From a virus (Duplodnaviria; Caudoviricetes), in the IMG/VR virus record IMGVR_UViG_3300038673_000372, positions 1-30,609 of that record: a DNA stretch of 30,609 nucleotides. One strand, 5' to 3'. Below, in pieces: positions 16,236-24,467 of the stretch. Within the stretch, counting starts at the first letter, position 1; the number at the start of each line of letters is the position of its first letter. The notes below the pieces were generated by a model, which saw only the letters and a list, made by a program, of their open reading frames with translations, was not told where the DNA came from and made no database searches. The translations under genes were made by a program, and so were the position numbers.

Positions 16236-18143
16236 TTAACGCACCTCCACTTCCAGCGACTCGGAGAGCAGGTCGGTGATCTTGACTTTGATTGTGCCGC
16301 AGCCTTCCGGGATGTCGTAGATACCCTTAACCATCTCGTTCTTGCCGGGGACATCGGTCACGGCGGGCTGCATGACTACGCCATCGTAGTTCCAGTCAAT
16401 CATGATGGAATCAACAAGCTGACGCCAATCCTCTACATACTCTTTTTGGAGGGAGAGCTTCTGCATGAGGTTCATCGGGTAGAACGCACGGATGACCAGC
16501 TTGCCTCCCTCACGGACGATTTCAGCCTCGGAGTCACGCTTAAGCTGAAGGTCTGCCTTATCGCGGAGGATGTCCATGATCTGGATATCTACCTTGTACT
16601 CATTCAGTTCCTGCTCCAGCGCGCCTTTCAAATCCGGCTCGTGTCCCATGCAGACGATAGTTATGCGCTCCACAGGCTGGTTCGGATTCTCCTCCTTGCG
16701 CTTCTCGTAGGTCTTGTACGGAAGGTTCGCAAGAAGCTCCTTCAAGTCCGCCTTGGTAGCGATGCGGTTGACGGGCATGATCTTTACCATCCTGCCGTCA
16801 AGTTCGCCGTCCCAGACATCGCTCTGCGGGAACGGCTGGATTTCCAGGGCGGCGATGAGAAGGTCGCGGGCTTCCACGGGATTGCGGAAGAAATCGTAGT
16901 TGTTCACGTTGTAGACTTCAAAGCCTGTGTATTTCACATCCTCCAAAGCGGTCGTATCCAGTCCCTTCGACTTAAAGAAGTCGATGACCTTGCCTCGGTC
17001 TTCAGCATTCAGTTCAGCATTGCCGCCTGCGCTTGCTGCAGCGAGGTACGGAGCAGGCTCGGCTACCATTGAAAGCTGCGGTTTTATCATGTCGTAGGTC
17101 ACAGGCTTACGGGCAGGCTTTAGCTCATCGGCGATAGCAAGCAGCCGCTTGGTAGTTGTCTGAATCGCGCCGAGGTTGATGTCCGCACCGATAAAGCGCC
17201 TGCCAAGTTTCATGGCAACAGCCTGGGTTGTGCCACTTCCCATAAAGCAATCAAAAACGAGGTCTCCAGGTACTGTTGACGATTTAATCAGCCGCTCAAG
17301 AAGCGCTTCTGGTTTTTGAGTTGGGTAATCAAGCCTATTCTTTGACATGGAGTTTTCATAAGGAATATCCCAGACATCGTTAGGAATCATGCCGCTGTCT
17401 GGATAATATGTTCTCCATTTTCCTGCATCAAATCGTTTTCTGCACTGGCGTCCTTCATCATCGACATCACGAAAGTGAGAGCGTATGTATTCATCAGAAT
17501 ATGGTACTTTTGCATCATCAACATTGAAAAAGGTCTGGTCGGTTTTTCCATACGAAAAAATAGTATCATGCTTTTGCGCAAACCGATCATTCGGTCTTCC
17601 AAGAGTTGAATAAGACCAAATTATTTCATTCCTAAAATGATTAACTCCGAACACTTCATCCATGATGAGTTTCAACTGATGGCTCCTATGCCAATCACAG
17701 TGGAGAAATATAGTTCCCCTATCTGAAAGCAAATCCCGCATAATAATAAGCCGCTCAAACATGAATTGGAGATATTCATCGTTAGTCCATATGTCACCGT
17801 ATTGCTTTTCTTCAAAAGATGTTGCATCAGAAGTGGCTTTTCCAATCCCTCGAATATCTATTTTCTTCTTATAGTCTGCCTTGCTATCAAATGGAGGGTC
17901 AATATAGATACAGTCAATCTGTCCGCGGTACTCCTTCAGCAGATGGCTCATGACCTGGAGATTGTCTCCCCAGAAAATTTTGTTGATCCATCCGCTCTGT
18001 TCTTCTCCGTAGGATTCCCTCAACTGCGCAGGGTAATACTGCGTGGAGCGGTAGGGACGCTTGCCCGTCCATCGAAGTTCAGGGAAACCCTTTATCGTGG
18101 GTCTCTGTTCAAATTCAAAAGTAAGCTGCTCACCGTTTTCCAT
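16236..18143 (-). CDS. mod: Type III R-M Mod subunit, beta-class N6-adenine DNA methyltransferase (intact)
   Basis: GDNL, IYIDPPF (motif IV) preceding YPTQKPE and DCFMGSGTT (motif I); RBS GGAGG before ATG 18143; immediately upstream of res. Confidence 0.88.
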   Translation of the reverse strand: MENGEQLTFEFEQRPTIKGFPELRWTGKRPYRSTQYYPAQLRESYGEEQSGWINKIFWGDNLQVMSHLLKEYRGQIDCIYIDPPFDSKADYKKKIDIRGIGKATSDATSFEEKQYGDIWTNDEYLQFMFERLIIMRDLLSDRGTIFLHCDWHRSHQLKLIMDEVFGVNHFRNEIIWSYSTLGRPNDRFAQKHDTIFSYGKTDQTFFNVDDAKVPYSDEYIRSHFRDVDDEGRQCRKRFDAGKWRTYYPDSGMIPNDVWDIPYENSMSKNRLDYPTQKPEALLERLIKSSTVPGDLVFDCFMGSGTTQAVAMKLGRRFIGADINLGAIQTTTKRLLAIADELKPARKPVTYDMIKPQLSMVAEPAPYLAAASAGGNAELNAEDRGKVIDFFKSKGLDTTALEDVKYTGFEVYNVNNYDFFRNPVEARDLLIAALEIQPFPQSDVWDGELDGRMVKIMPVNRIATKADLKELLANLPYKTYEKRKEENPNQPVERITIVCMGHEPDLKGALEQELNEYKVDIQIMDILRDKADLQLKRDSEAEIVREGGKLVIRAFYPMNLMQKLSLQKEYVEDWRQLVDSIMIDWNYDGVVMQPAVTDVPGKNEMVKGIYDIPEGCGTIKVKITDLLSESLEVEVR

Positions 18144-18147
18144 TTCG

Positions 18148-18918
18148 TTAATCCTCCGTTTTATCGTTTCTTGCCTCATATCCGTATGATTCGGCTATTG
18201 TTGTTATTTCGGCTGCTCTGATAGGAATGAGCTGCCGTTCCTTATATAAATCCCTTCCAAGCAGACCGTGGAGTACGATGTACTTATCTGTCTCAAGCAG
18301 ATTCGGATTTTCACTCAAAAAAGCATTCACTCGCTCCAACATCGCAGGCTCTGTCAACTGCACCAAAGTTGAATCAATGTTGTCGATCTCATTGGCATCG
18401 TAAAGTTTCTTTAGACTGTTCAACATTCCGAGCCAGTGATACAGGACTTTTCGCTTTTCGGCATCAGCCTCTTCCTGCGTCATTTTTGTACCAGCTTTCG
18501 GCTGCCTTACGGCAACATCCGTACTCGCTTTTGATTTCGCAAGGACTGCGTCCGCTTTCAGTTCTTTTGATGTCAGAGCCTCTTTCGTGCGGCGATAAAA
18601 TGGAACGATATGCTCGTGCCACACATTTGGAAGCACCTCATAAAAGAAGATGTCAACGGCTCTATCAACAATGATTTCGGTGGCTTCCATCGCCGTATCA
18701 CGGACAGTGTCTTTGATGTAGTCCTTAACAGGAGAACTTTTTCTGACAGGGGCGGCGGGCGGTGAAGAAGTTCTCTGCTGAACCATAGGTGTATTTTCTA
18801 CATAGTGCTTCAGTTCCCTCAGAACCCTGTGAGGCTTGCGATTCATGAGCCGTCCGTACTCATCGATAAAAGCCTCGTCACTTTTCCATTTCACAAAAAG
18901 CTCATCGTCGGGAATGAT
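18148..18918 (-). CDS. Hypothetical protein, probably 5'-truncated at the insertion junction
   Basis: Frame stays open upstream of GTG 18894 (IIPDDELFVKWKS...) up to the junction; no clear RBS. Confidence 0.6.
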   Translation of the reverse strand: MIPDDELFVKWKSDEAFIDEYGRLMNRKPHRVLRELKHYVENTPMVQQRTSSPPAAPVRKSSPVKDYIKDTVRDTAMEATEIIVDRAVDIFFYEVLPNVWHEHIVPFYRRTKEALTSKELKADAVLAKSKASTDVAVRQPKAGTKMTQEEADAEKRKVLYHWLGMLNSLKKLYDANEIDNIDSTLVQLTEPAMLERVNAFLSENPNLLETDKYIVLHGLLGRDLYKERQLIPIRAAEITTIAESYGYEARNDKTED

Positions 18919-19099
18919 ATAATGTAGGAAAGCATCGAGTAATTGCCCAATCTTTAATATCCTCTATGTCTACGGAAAGTCCGTGTCTTTTGTTTAAGGC
19001 GCTTACCCAATGAGACACCAAATCTATAAGAACATCATCAAGGTCAAAGGTAATTCTAAAAGAATGTGCTTTCGCCTTTTGATTTTTCTGTTTCGGCAT
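18919..19099 (-). pseudogene. 5'(3')-deoxyribonucleotidase, N-terminal fragment
   Basis: HAD motif I 'ITFDLDDVL'; ends ...DWAITRCFPTL and then runs into a stop inside the insert. Confidence 0.88.
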
Positions 19100-19682
19100 T
19101 ATTTATCTCCTTAAACTCAATGTCCGTAAGTTCCGGGTGATTTTCCATATTGAAAATTGCGCCGAGCAAATTCCAAACTACTGCTCTGTCGTGAGGCTCA
19201 TCGTCATCGCCATTCAGCCATTTCAGATAATGTCTAATTCCGCTGTCAATAAACCTATGCAGATACATTCCCTTTTCCCAGTTCCTTGCGGAGTATTTGG
19301 CGCACCCAGATTCGTACTGCTTTGCTACTTCAAGTAACATAGTCGGTAGGCTTCCGTCATAGGCAATATCACAAAAGTTACCGATTGCGTCATAAATGTA
19401 TTCAGTGTCACCAGTTCGTATAAACCGACCAACAGAATATAAGAACTCAAACTGACATCTGCTATCCTCATACTCGCTCCTTGCAGGACAGAACAGTTCT
19501 GCAACCTGAATTAAAGGCAATAGGTCGCACCTGCCCTTTCCTACTGATATATCTCTAACAGCACCCGTCTCAAAGTGTTCTCTCTCGCCGCTATCTTTTA
19601 GTGGCGTGATGCCGTTAGAATAAGAAGAGATTTCCTCTCGAAGTCTTTCAAAACACTCTTTTGTTTCTCTTGCAGATCCCAA
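19056..19682 (-). CDS. dATP/dGTP diphosphohydrolase-domain (DUF5664-like) protein
   Basis: KDSGEREHFETGAVRD...GKGRCDLLP...KYSARNWEKG...DSGIRH...DEPHDRAVVWN; TTG start after GAGGAGG (ORF track start 19703). Confidence 0.8.
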   Translation of the reverse strand: MGSARETKECFERLREEISSYSNGITPLKDSGEREHFETGAVRDISVGKGRCDLLPLIQVAELFCPARSEYEDSRCQFEFLYSVGRFIRTGDTEYIYDAIGNFCDIAYDGSLPTMLLEVAKQYESGCAKYSARNWEKGMYLHRFIDSGIRHYLKWLNGDDDEPHDRAVVWNLLGAIFNMENHPELTDIEFKEINNAETEKSKGESTFF

Positions 19683-20365
19683 ATTATTTCGCCCTCCTCG
19701 CACAATTCATACACGCTAACATAAGAATCTATTTCTGTATTCAGAACTCTGGTTGAATATCCTGTATTTCTGTTTTTAAGATATCCCCACACGCCTTGGT
19801 TATATGCTTGTATATAGTCCTGAGTTCTTGTAAGTCCGTATCTTTGGCACATTTCTCTTGTATAATTCAGCATCCTAATGCCGACTACAACATTATGCCT
19901 GATGTTGTAATAATCAAAGTTCTTTTCAAAATCGTCCCCAAACCCGTCTGAGTTATCTTTTATAAATGGTCTGCTGTGAACTTTGTTTATCTGCATAATT
20001 CCGTGGTCATTCGTTTTAGATACAGCGTTCGCATCAAATCCACTTTCTACGGACATAATCTGGTAAATAAGTTTTTCATCGAATTCGTAATATTCGCAAA
20101 CCTCTTTAATGAAAATCTGATCCTCCACACTTATTCCTATAAAAAAGTGTTCTACCTCTACAGTTTTTCGTGGGAAAAAGTGTTCGTCTGTTGCATTTTT
20201 ACAGGGAAAGATATCTTCCCAGTCAACGCCTTCCTGTATAAAAAAATATTGATGCTCTGTTTGACCTTCCTTTAATCCTTCTGTCGTTTCCGTTGTTGTA
20301 TTAAAAAAACAAACCGTGATAAATAAAACAATAACACAACAACCTATTCGATAAAGTTTTTTCAT
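19598..20365 (-). CDS. Lytic transglycosylase (SLT domain) with N-terminal signal/TM segment
   Basis: IMSVESGF, GIMQIN and AYNQG motifs; start uncertain (20365-20425). Confidence 0.85.
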   Translation of the reverse strand: MKKLYRIGCCVIVLFITVCFFNTTTETTEGLKEGQTEHQYFFIQEGVDWEDIFPCKNATDEHFFPRKTVEVEHFFIGISVEDQIFIKEVCEYYEFDEKLIYQIMSVESGFDANAVSKTNDHGIMQINKVHSRPFIKDNSDGFGDDFEKNFDYYNIRHNVVVGIRMLNYTREMCQRYGLTRTQDYIQAYNQGVWGYLKNRNTGYSTRVLNTEIDSYVSVYELCEEGEIIWDLQEKQKSVLKDFERKSLLILTASRH

Positions 20366-20410
20366 AATCAGCAGACTTAACAAAGTGTCCGCAATCGTTC
20401 CCCCTTTTGA

Positions 20411-20436
20411 GCCAATAAAACTCAAGTTTTATTCAG
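20411..20436. repeat. Palindromic gene-boundary site 5: GCCAATAAAA-CTCAAG-TTTTATTCAG
   Basis: Between the stop at 20461 and the purine-rich RBS-like AAGGGGGA. Confidence 0.85.
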
Positions 20437-20460
20437 ATATCCCTCCCTTGCCTCGCAAAT

Positions 20461-20853
20461 TCACAACACCTTATTTCCGTGCCGATAAGGACGGGTTTTG
20501 TTGTATTCGTTCTTAACCTCTATAATGTGTTCAATGTCTATTTTTTCTTTTCCGCAATAGTCAAGGATTCTGATAATGCAATCTGCAAGTTCAACCGCAG
20601 TTCCCTCTGGTTTTTCACCCTTGAAATTATCGTCGCCGTGGTCTGTTCTCACACAAGGAATTATTGAGCCATCATCTTGTTCCATTTCGCATACATAGTA
20701 AAACGCAGGTCTTTTACATCTATATTCCTCAAGAGCTTCTGAAAGCTCAGAGTGGCATAAAGCAATGATATCCCCAAAAGTCCTTTCCTCGTCCCACCAC
20801 CCGTGAGCTATAGCGTTTTCGTGAATGTCCTTTGTGATTTCTGATATTGTCAT
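20461..20853 (-). CDS. MazG-like NTP pyrophosphohydrolase
   Basis: HGWW...LCHSELSEALEEYR...ELADCIIRILD...YNKTRPYRH. Confidence 0.8.
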   Translation of the reverse strand: MTISEITKDIHENAIAHGWWDEERTFGDIIALCHSELSEALEEYRCKRPAFYYVCEMEQDDGSIIPCVRTDHGDDNFKGEKPEGTAVELADCIIRILDYCGKEKIDIEHIIEVKNEYNKTRPYRHGNKVL

Positions 20854-20897
20854 ACTATATCCCTTTCGTCATAAATAATATGTGCTATTTGAAACCA

Positions 20898-20923
20898 CCA
20901 AATAAAATACAGATTTTATTGGC
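20898..20923. repeat. Palindromic gene-boundary site 6: CCAAATAAAA-TACAGA-TTTTATTGGC
   Basis: Intergenic, upstream of the MazG-like gene. Confidence 0.85.
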
Positions 20924-20972
20924 GGTTGACTTTCGTACCCATATCGCGCACGAAATGAGCACCAAAGTTCAC

Positions 20973-21212
20973 TCAATCTGAAAATATGCACTTCTCTTTG
21001 ATAATCCCGATAACATCGTTTGAAGTCCTGCAAGTCTTTTCAATAACTTGGCAATCCCCTTCCTTTGTTATTTGTTTTAAGGAAAGCATATACCCGTTTT
21101 GCAGTCTGTTAATACGGATTGCTACTGCCCCAATAGACGCTCTGATTTCATAATCAAAGTCTAAGTTTACGACGAACCCCTCAGATACAAACCAGTTCAA
21201 TAGCCGTTTCAT
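20973..21212 (-). CDS. Hypothetical protein
   Basis: 79 aa; RBS AAGGAGG; downstream of a consensus promoter. Confidence 0.75.
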   Translation of the reverse strand: MKRLLNWFVSEGFVVNLDFDYEIRASIGAVAIRINRLQNGYMLSLKQITKEGDCQVIEKTCRTSNDVIGIIKEKCIFSD

Positions 21213-21238
21213 ATTAGCCCTCCTTAAAGAACTCTATC

Positions 21239-21267
21239 ATTATACCATATTCCCAGCTTTTTGTCAA
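21239..21267 (-). promoter_or_regulatory. Consensus sigma-A promoter with extended -10
   Basis: TTGACA-17 nt (ending TGG)-TATAAT; the -35 overlaps the dnaE stop codon. Confidence 0.85.
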
Positions 21268-24200
21268 GCTATTTGCTTATAGTCTGTAAGATGCCAGTAT
21301 CCGCTCTTGTGTTTTTGTACCGTTTTAGCATAAACAATGTCGCCCTCAAGCACAGGAAATACCTTATAGAGTTTTGACAAAATGGTAAGCTCGCTGTTCT
21401 TACCAGTTCCGAGAGACCTTGTTGTTACGATGTAAGCCCAAGGTTCATCGCTATATTTTCCCATAAGTTGCCTAACGCTCATAACGACAAGTTTTCTTTT
21501 GTCTTCCTCTTTGTTTGTGGCAACATCAATATATCCGAGAATTTCTATATGAGACTTAATCTTTTCTTTCATTGGTTCCTCTGGAAGTCTTAATGCAAAA
21601 ATTCTCTCTTCAATTTTTTTCATAAGAGTTTGCATATCGGTTATGAAATATGACTTAGCAGGCGAACCGTCTTTTCTGTTTCCCTCACAATAATCTCTGA
21701 ATATATCCTCGAACTTTGCCACAACTTTTTCTTTTGCGACCTGTTTGGCGTCACCCTCTTTCAGCATCTCAAACATTTCTAACATCATAAGAAGTTCCGT
21801 AGTGTTCCCAAACTCTGAAAAGTAATCAATCTTTACGAGTTTTTCTATGGCGGTTCTTGACAGGGAAACCTCCTTTGCTTTCAAAAGGAACTCAAAAAAT
21901 CCGTCAAACTCTACATTGGATAAATCATAAAGAACATTTGAAACGCTACGCCCAAATCCTTTAATAGAGGAAAGACTGTTTATCATTCTCCCGTTCTCTT
22001 TGTCTGTCATAATCTTTCTGTTGTCTTGTCGGAATTTGAACGGAGAGAACCGGATCTTAAAATAGTTTTCTGCCTCAGCCTTAACTGCGTTCATTCTGTC
22101 TTTTTCGCCCTTTTCTTGCAAGATGCGTAAGAATGTCTCATAGAACTCGTAAGGGTATTTTGCTTTCAAATATGCCCCATAGAGGCTGTCTATTGCCATA
22201 CAGTAAGAGTGAGAGGCGTTGAATGAATACTGACTGGAATCCTCAAGAATTTGCCAAACTTTATCTGACAAGTCTTTTGCTTGCTGTTCGGTTTGCCCTT
22301 CGTTTTCAATGAGAACTTTTGAGAACCCATTGATAAACGCGTTCTTATATTTAAGAACTTTGTCAACTCTTTTCTTTGCGATGTTCTTGATTATGTCATA
22401 GCACTCAGACATAGGTATTCCTGCATAATGCAAAGTCGCCATAGACATTTCTTGATAAAGAATGAATGTGCTCGTCATCTCTGGTGTCTGTATAAGTTCG
22501 TCAAAAGACTTTATTCCATAATCGAAATGCTCTCTCTTTTCGAAAATCTTATACATTGAACGGAAAGCCGGTCGCAAGGCAGCGACAAACGCACAAAGTT
22601 CCACGATATTTTTTGGTTTATACTTTGCTACTCTGCCACGGCTCGCCGGTTGTTCGACCTGATTTATTCCGAGCGTACAACCTTTCTTGTATATATCCCA
22701 TACTTGATTGTCGTTCTCGCAGATTTCAAGCAACTCGTTTGCAGTGTGCCTTTTTATGCCTATTCTCCGATAGACTTTTTCTATCATCTCAACGACAGAA
22801 ACTTTAAGCAGATCGTTCTTTAAGAACTTGTATTCCTCAGCCCATTTCCCGTCCATAATGCAACACAAATGGTCTTTGATTTTTATTAGCCCAATCTCTT
22901 TTCTTATGTCGCCTTGATACAATAAATAAGAGCAGGGGTGAATTTTTGCGTCTGAAATAACGCCAAGGTACTCTGAACTCTGTTCGTAGATATCTCGATA
23001 AGAACTCTCAATATAATCTCGAACATCGACAAACTCTCTGTCATTTTCATCGGCATACTTCAAAGCCATTTCGTATCGTTCTATTTGTTTTGAAACCTCG
23101 TTAGTAATTTCAAAACTTATGTCTTGTGATTTAGAATACATTTTCCACGCCGCTTTCGGTTTCATTGTTCCGTAAGCCATCATCGGATAAGCGTGCTTTT
23201 CACCGAGGATTTCTCTTTGTGCGTCTGCAAAAATCTCAACTGTCCCAAGGTTAAAGTCTATATCTGCCAACGACTTTGTTTCCAGTATTCTTGTGGGAGA
23301 CATAAAGCGTTCTGGGTACATTTTGACCTTTGACGCTATCCTGTCTACCTCGGTGAACCCAAGCAGTTTATTTGTGAAAAATGAAACAGCAGAACCTCTG
23401 CCAGACGATGTGATTATTCCGCCGCTTTCTATTCCTCTTTTAATGATTTCATAGTCAAGCAAGAAATAATCGGAGTGGTTCGTTTCTAAAACAATTTGAA
23501 CTTCTTTTGCGATTTCTCTTTCGTAGATTTCCCACATTTCCTCTGGAACTTTTTTCTTGTGTTCTTCCCACTTTTCATAAACTAAATCAAAATAAATTCT
23601 GTTCTTTTCTTCTTGAGAAAGAGTAGGATATAAGGTAGGCATTTTAATGTCCTGCGTAAAGCAAGGATTGTTATATTCCTCTACCTCAAGAAAGACATTT
23701 GTGTTTTGCATAGCGGACACTATCTGGTCGTGCGACAAAACACATTGGCTCGCGAACCTTTTGTACGCCTCATCACCGTCTGGATAATCCATAAACCACC
23801 CGTCCTCGTCCTCGTATCTCATTCCTTTTGACGAGAGGTATTCTGTTCTTTTCCACGCATTATCCTCGGATATGTAATGGCTGTCGCAACCCATTATGAT
23901 TTCAATGCCATACTTTTCAGACAAGTCTAATACCATATTATTTATCTGAGCTTGCTTTTCCGTGTTGTGGTACTGAACCTCAAGATAAAAGTTTTTTCCA
24001 AAGTGGTCGTAAAGTTTTTTAACCACTTCCTCTGCGTCATCGTATTTCCAAAATGCAACGCAAGCTGTAGTCACAATGATGTCGTCCTTCGGCAAGGACA
24101 AAAGCAAATCAATATCAAGCCTTGCCTGTCCATAATATCCAGTTATGTTTGCCTCTGAAAGAACATCGTTTATTGCTTGTCTTCCGTTCTCATTTCTTGC

Positions 24201-24467
24201 AGCGAGGAAAATATGACAGTTTGTTCTGTCTTTCTCAAATCTATCTTTGACCCAGTATGCCTCGACAGAAAACACAAACTTCAAGTCATATTTTTTTGCA
24301 AGCTCATACCCCTCAATGTATCTGCCTTGATATCCGTGTTCACAAGTAGATATGATTCCGTGTCCGAGTTCCTTTGCTCTCTTTGCATAATCGTCATTAG
24401 AGGTTACACAATCAGAAACTCTGATATTCGTAAACATACTATGTCTATGATAGTTTTGAAATATCAT
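21264..24467 (-). CDS. dnaE: Phage family C DNA polymerase (DNA polymerase III alpha-like)
   Basis: PHP domain (NYHRHS, EHG, DSHY), GRGSA, ADIDF, KNDLL, YSFNASHS. Confidence 0.92.
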   Translation of the reverse strand: MIFQNYHRHSMFTNIRVSDCVTSNDDYAKRAKELGHGIISTCEHGYQGRYIEGYELAKKYDLKFVFSVEAYWVKDRFEKDRTNCHIFLAARNENGRQAINDVLSEANITGYYGQARLDIDLLLSLPKDDIIVTTACVAFWKYDDAEEVVKKLYDHFGKNFYLEVQYHNTEKQAQINNMVLDLSEKYGIEIIMGCDSHYISEDNAWKRTEYLSSKGMRYEDEDGWFMDYPDGDEAYKRFASQCVLSHDQIVSAMQNTNVFLEVEEYNNPCFTQDIKMPTLYPTLSQEEKNRIYFDLVYEKWEEHKKKVPEEMWEIYEREIAKEVQIVLETNHSDYFLLDYEIIKRGIESGGIITSSGRGSAVSFFTNKLLGFTEVDRIASKVKMYPERFMSPTRILETKSLADIDFNLGTVEIFADAQREILGEKHAYPMMAYGTMKPKAAWKMYSKSQDISFEITNEVSKQIERYEMALKYADENDREFVDVRDYIESSYRDIYEQSSEYLGVISDAKIHPCSYLLYQGDIRKEIGLIKIKDHLCCIMDGKWAEEYKFLKNDLLKVSVVEMIEKVYRRIGIKRHTANELLEICENDNQVWDIYKKGCTLGINQVEQPASRGRVAKYKPKNIVELCAFVAALRPAFRSMYKIFEKREHFDYGIKSFDELIQTPEMTSTFILYQEMSMATLHYAGIPMSECYDIIKNIAKKRVDKVLKYKNAFINGFSKVLIENEGQTEQQAKDLSDKVWQILEDSSQYSFNASHSYCMAIDSLYGAYLKAKYPYEFYETFLRILQEKGEKDRMNAVKAEAENYFKIRFSPFKFRQDNRKIMTDKENGRMINSLSSIKGFGRSVSNVLYDLSNVEFDGFFEFLLKAKEVSLSRTAIEKLVKIDYFSEFGNTTELLMMLEMFEMLKEGDAKQVAKEKVVAKFEDIFRDYCEGNRKDGSPAKSYFITDMQTLMKKIEERIFALRLPEEPMKEKIKSHIEILGYIDVATNKEEDKRKLVVMSVRQLMGKYSDEPWAYIVTTRSLGTGKNSELTILSKLYKVFPVLEGDIVYAKTVQKHKSGYWHLTDYKQIA

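Larger units (their letters stand above)
15777..18918 (-). other. 3142-bp foreign higher-GC insertion (junctions +/-1 bp) carrying part of a type III R-M locus
   Basis: Sampled 60-nt lines: 52% GC (15841) and 63% (16801) versus 22-42% in adjacent phage lines; both terminal genes are truncated; the flanks rejoin in frame. Confidence 0.85.

Noticed and set aside
16446-17072. 208-aa plus-strand ORF and other antisense ORFs (e.g. 6417-7058, 7346-7720, 10809-11282)
   Set aside because: They are shadows of well-supported genes on the opposite strand and show no recognisable motifs.
15777-18918. Insert as a transposon or self-splicing intron
   Set aside because: No transposase, inverted repeats, target duplication or intron-type ends; both terminal genes are cut mid-sequence.
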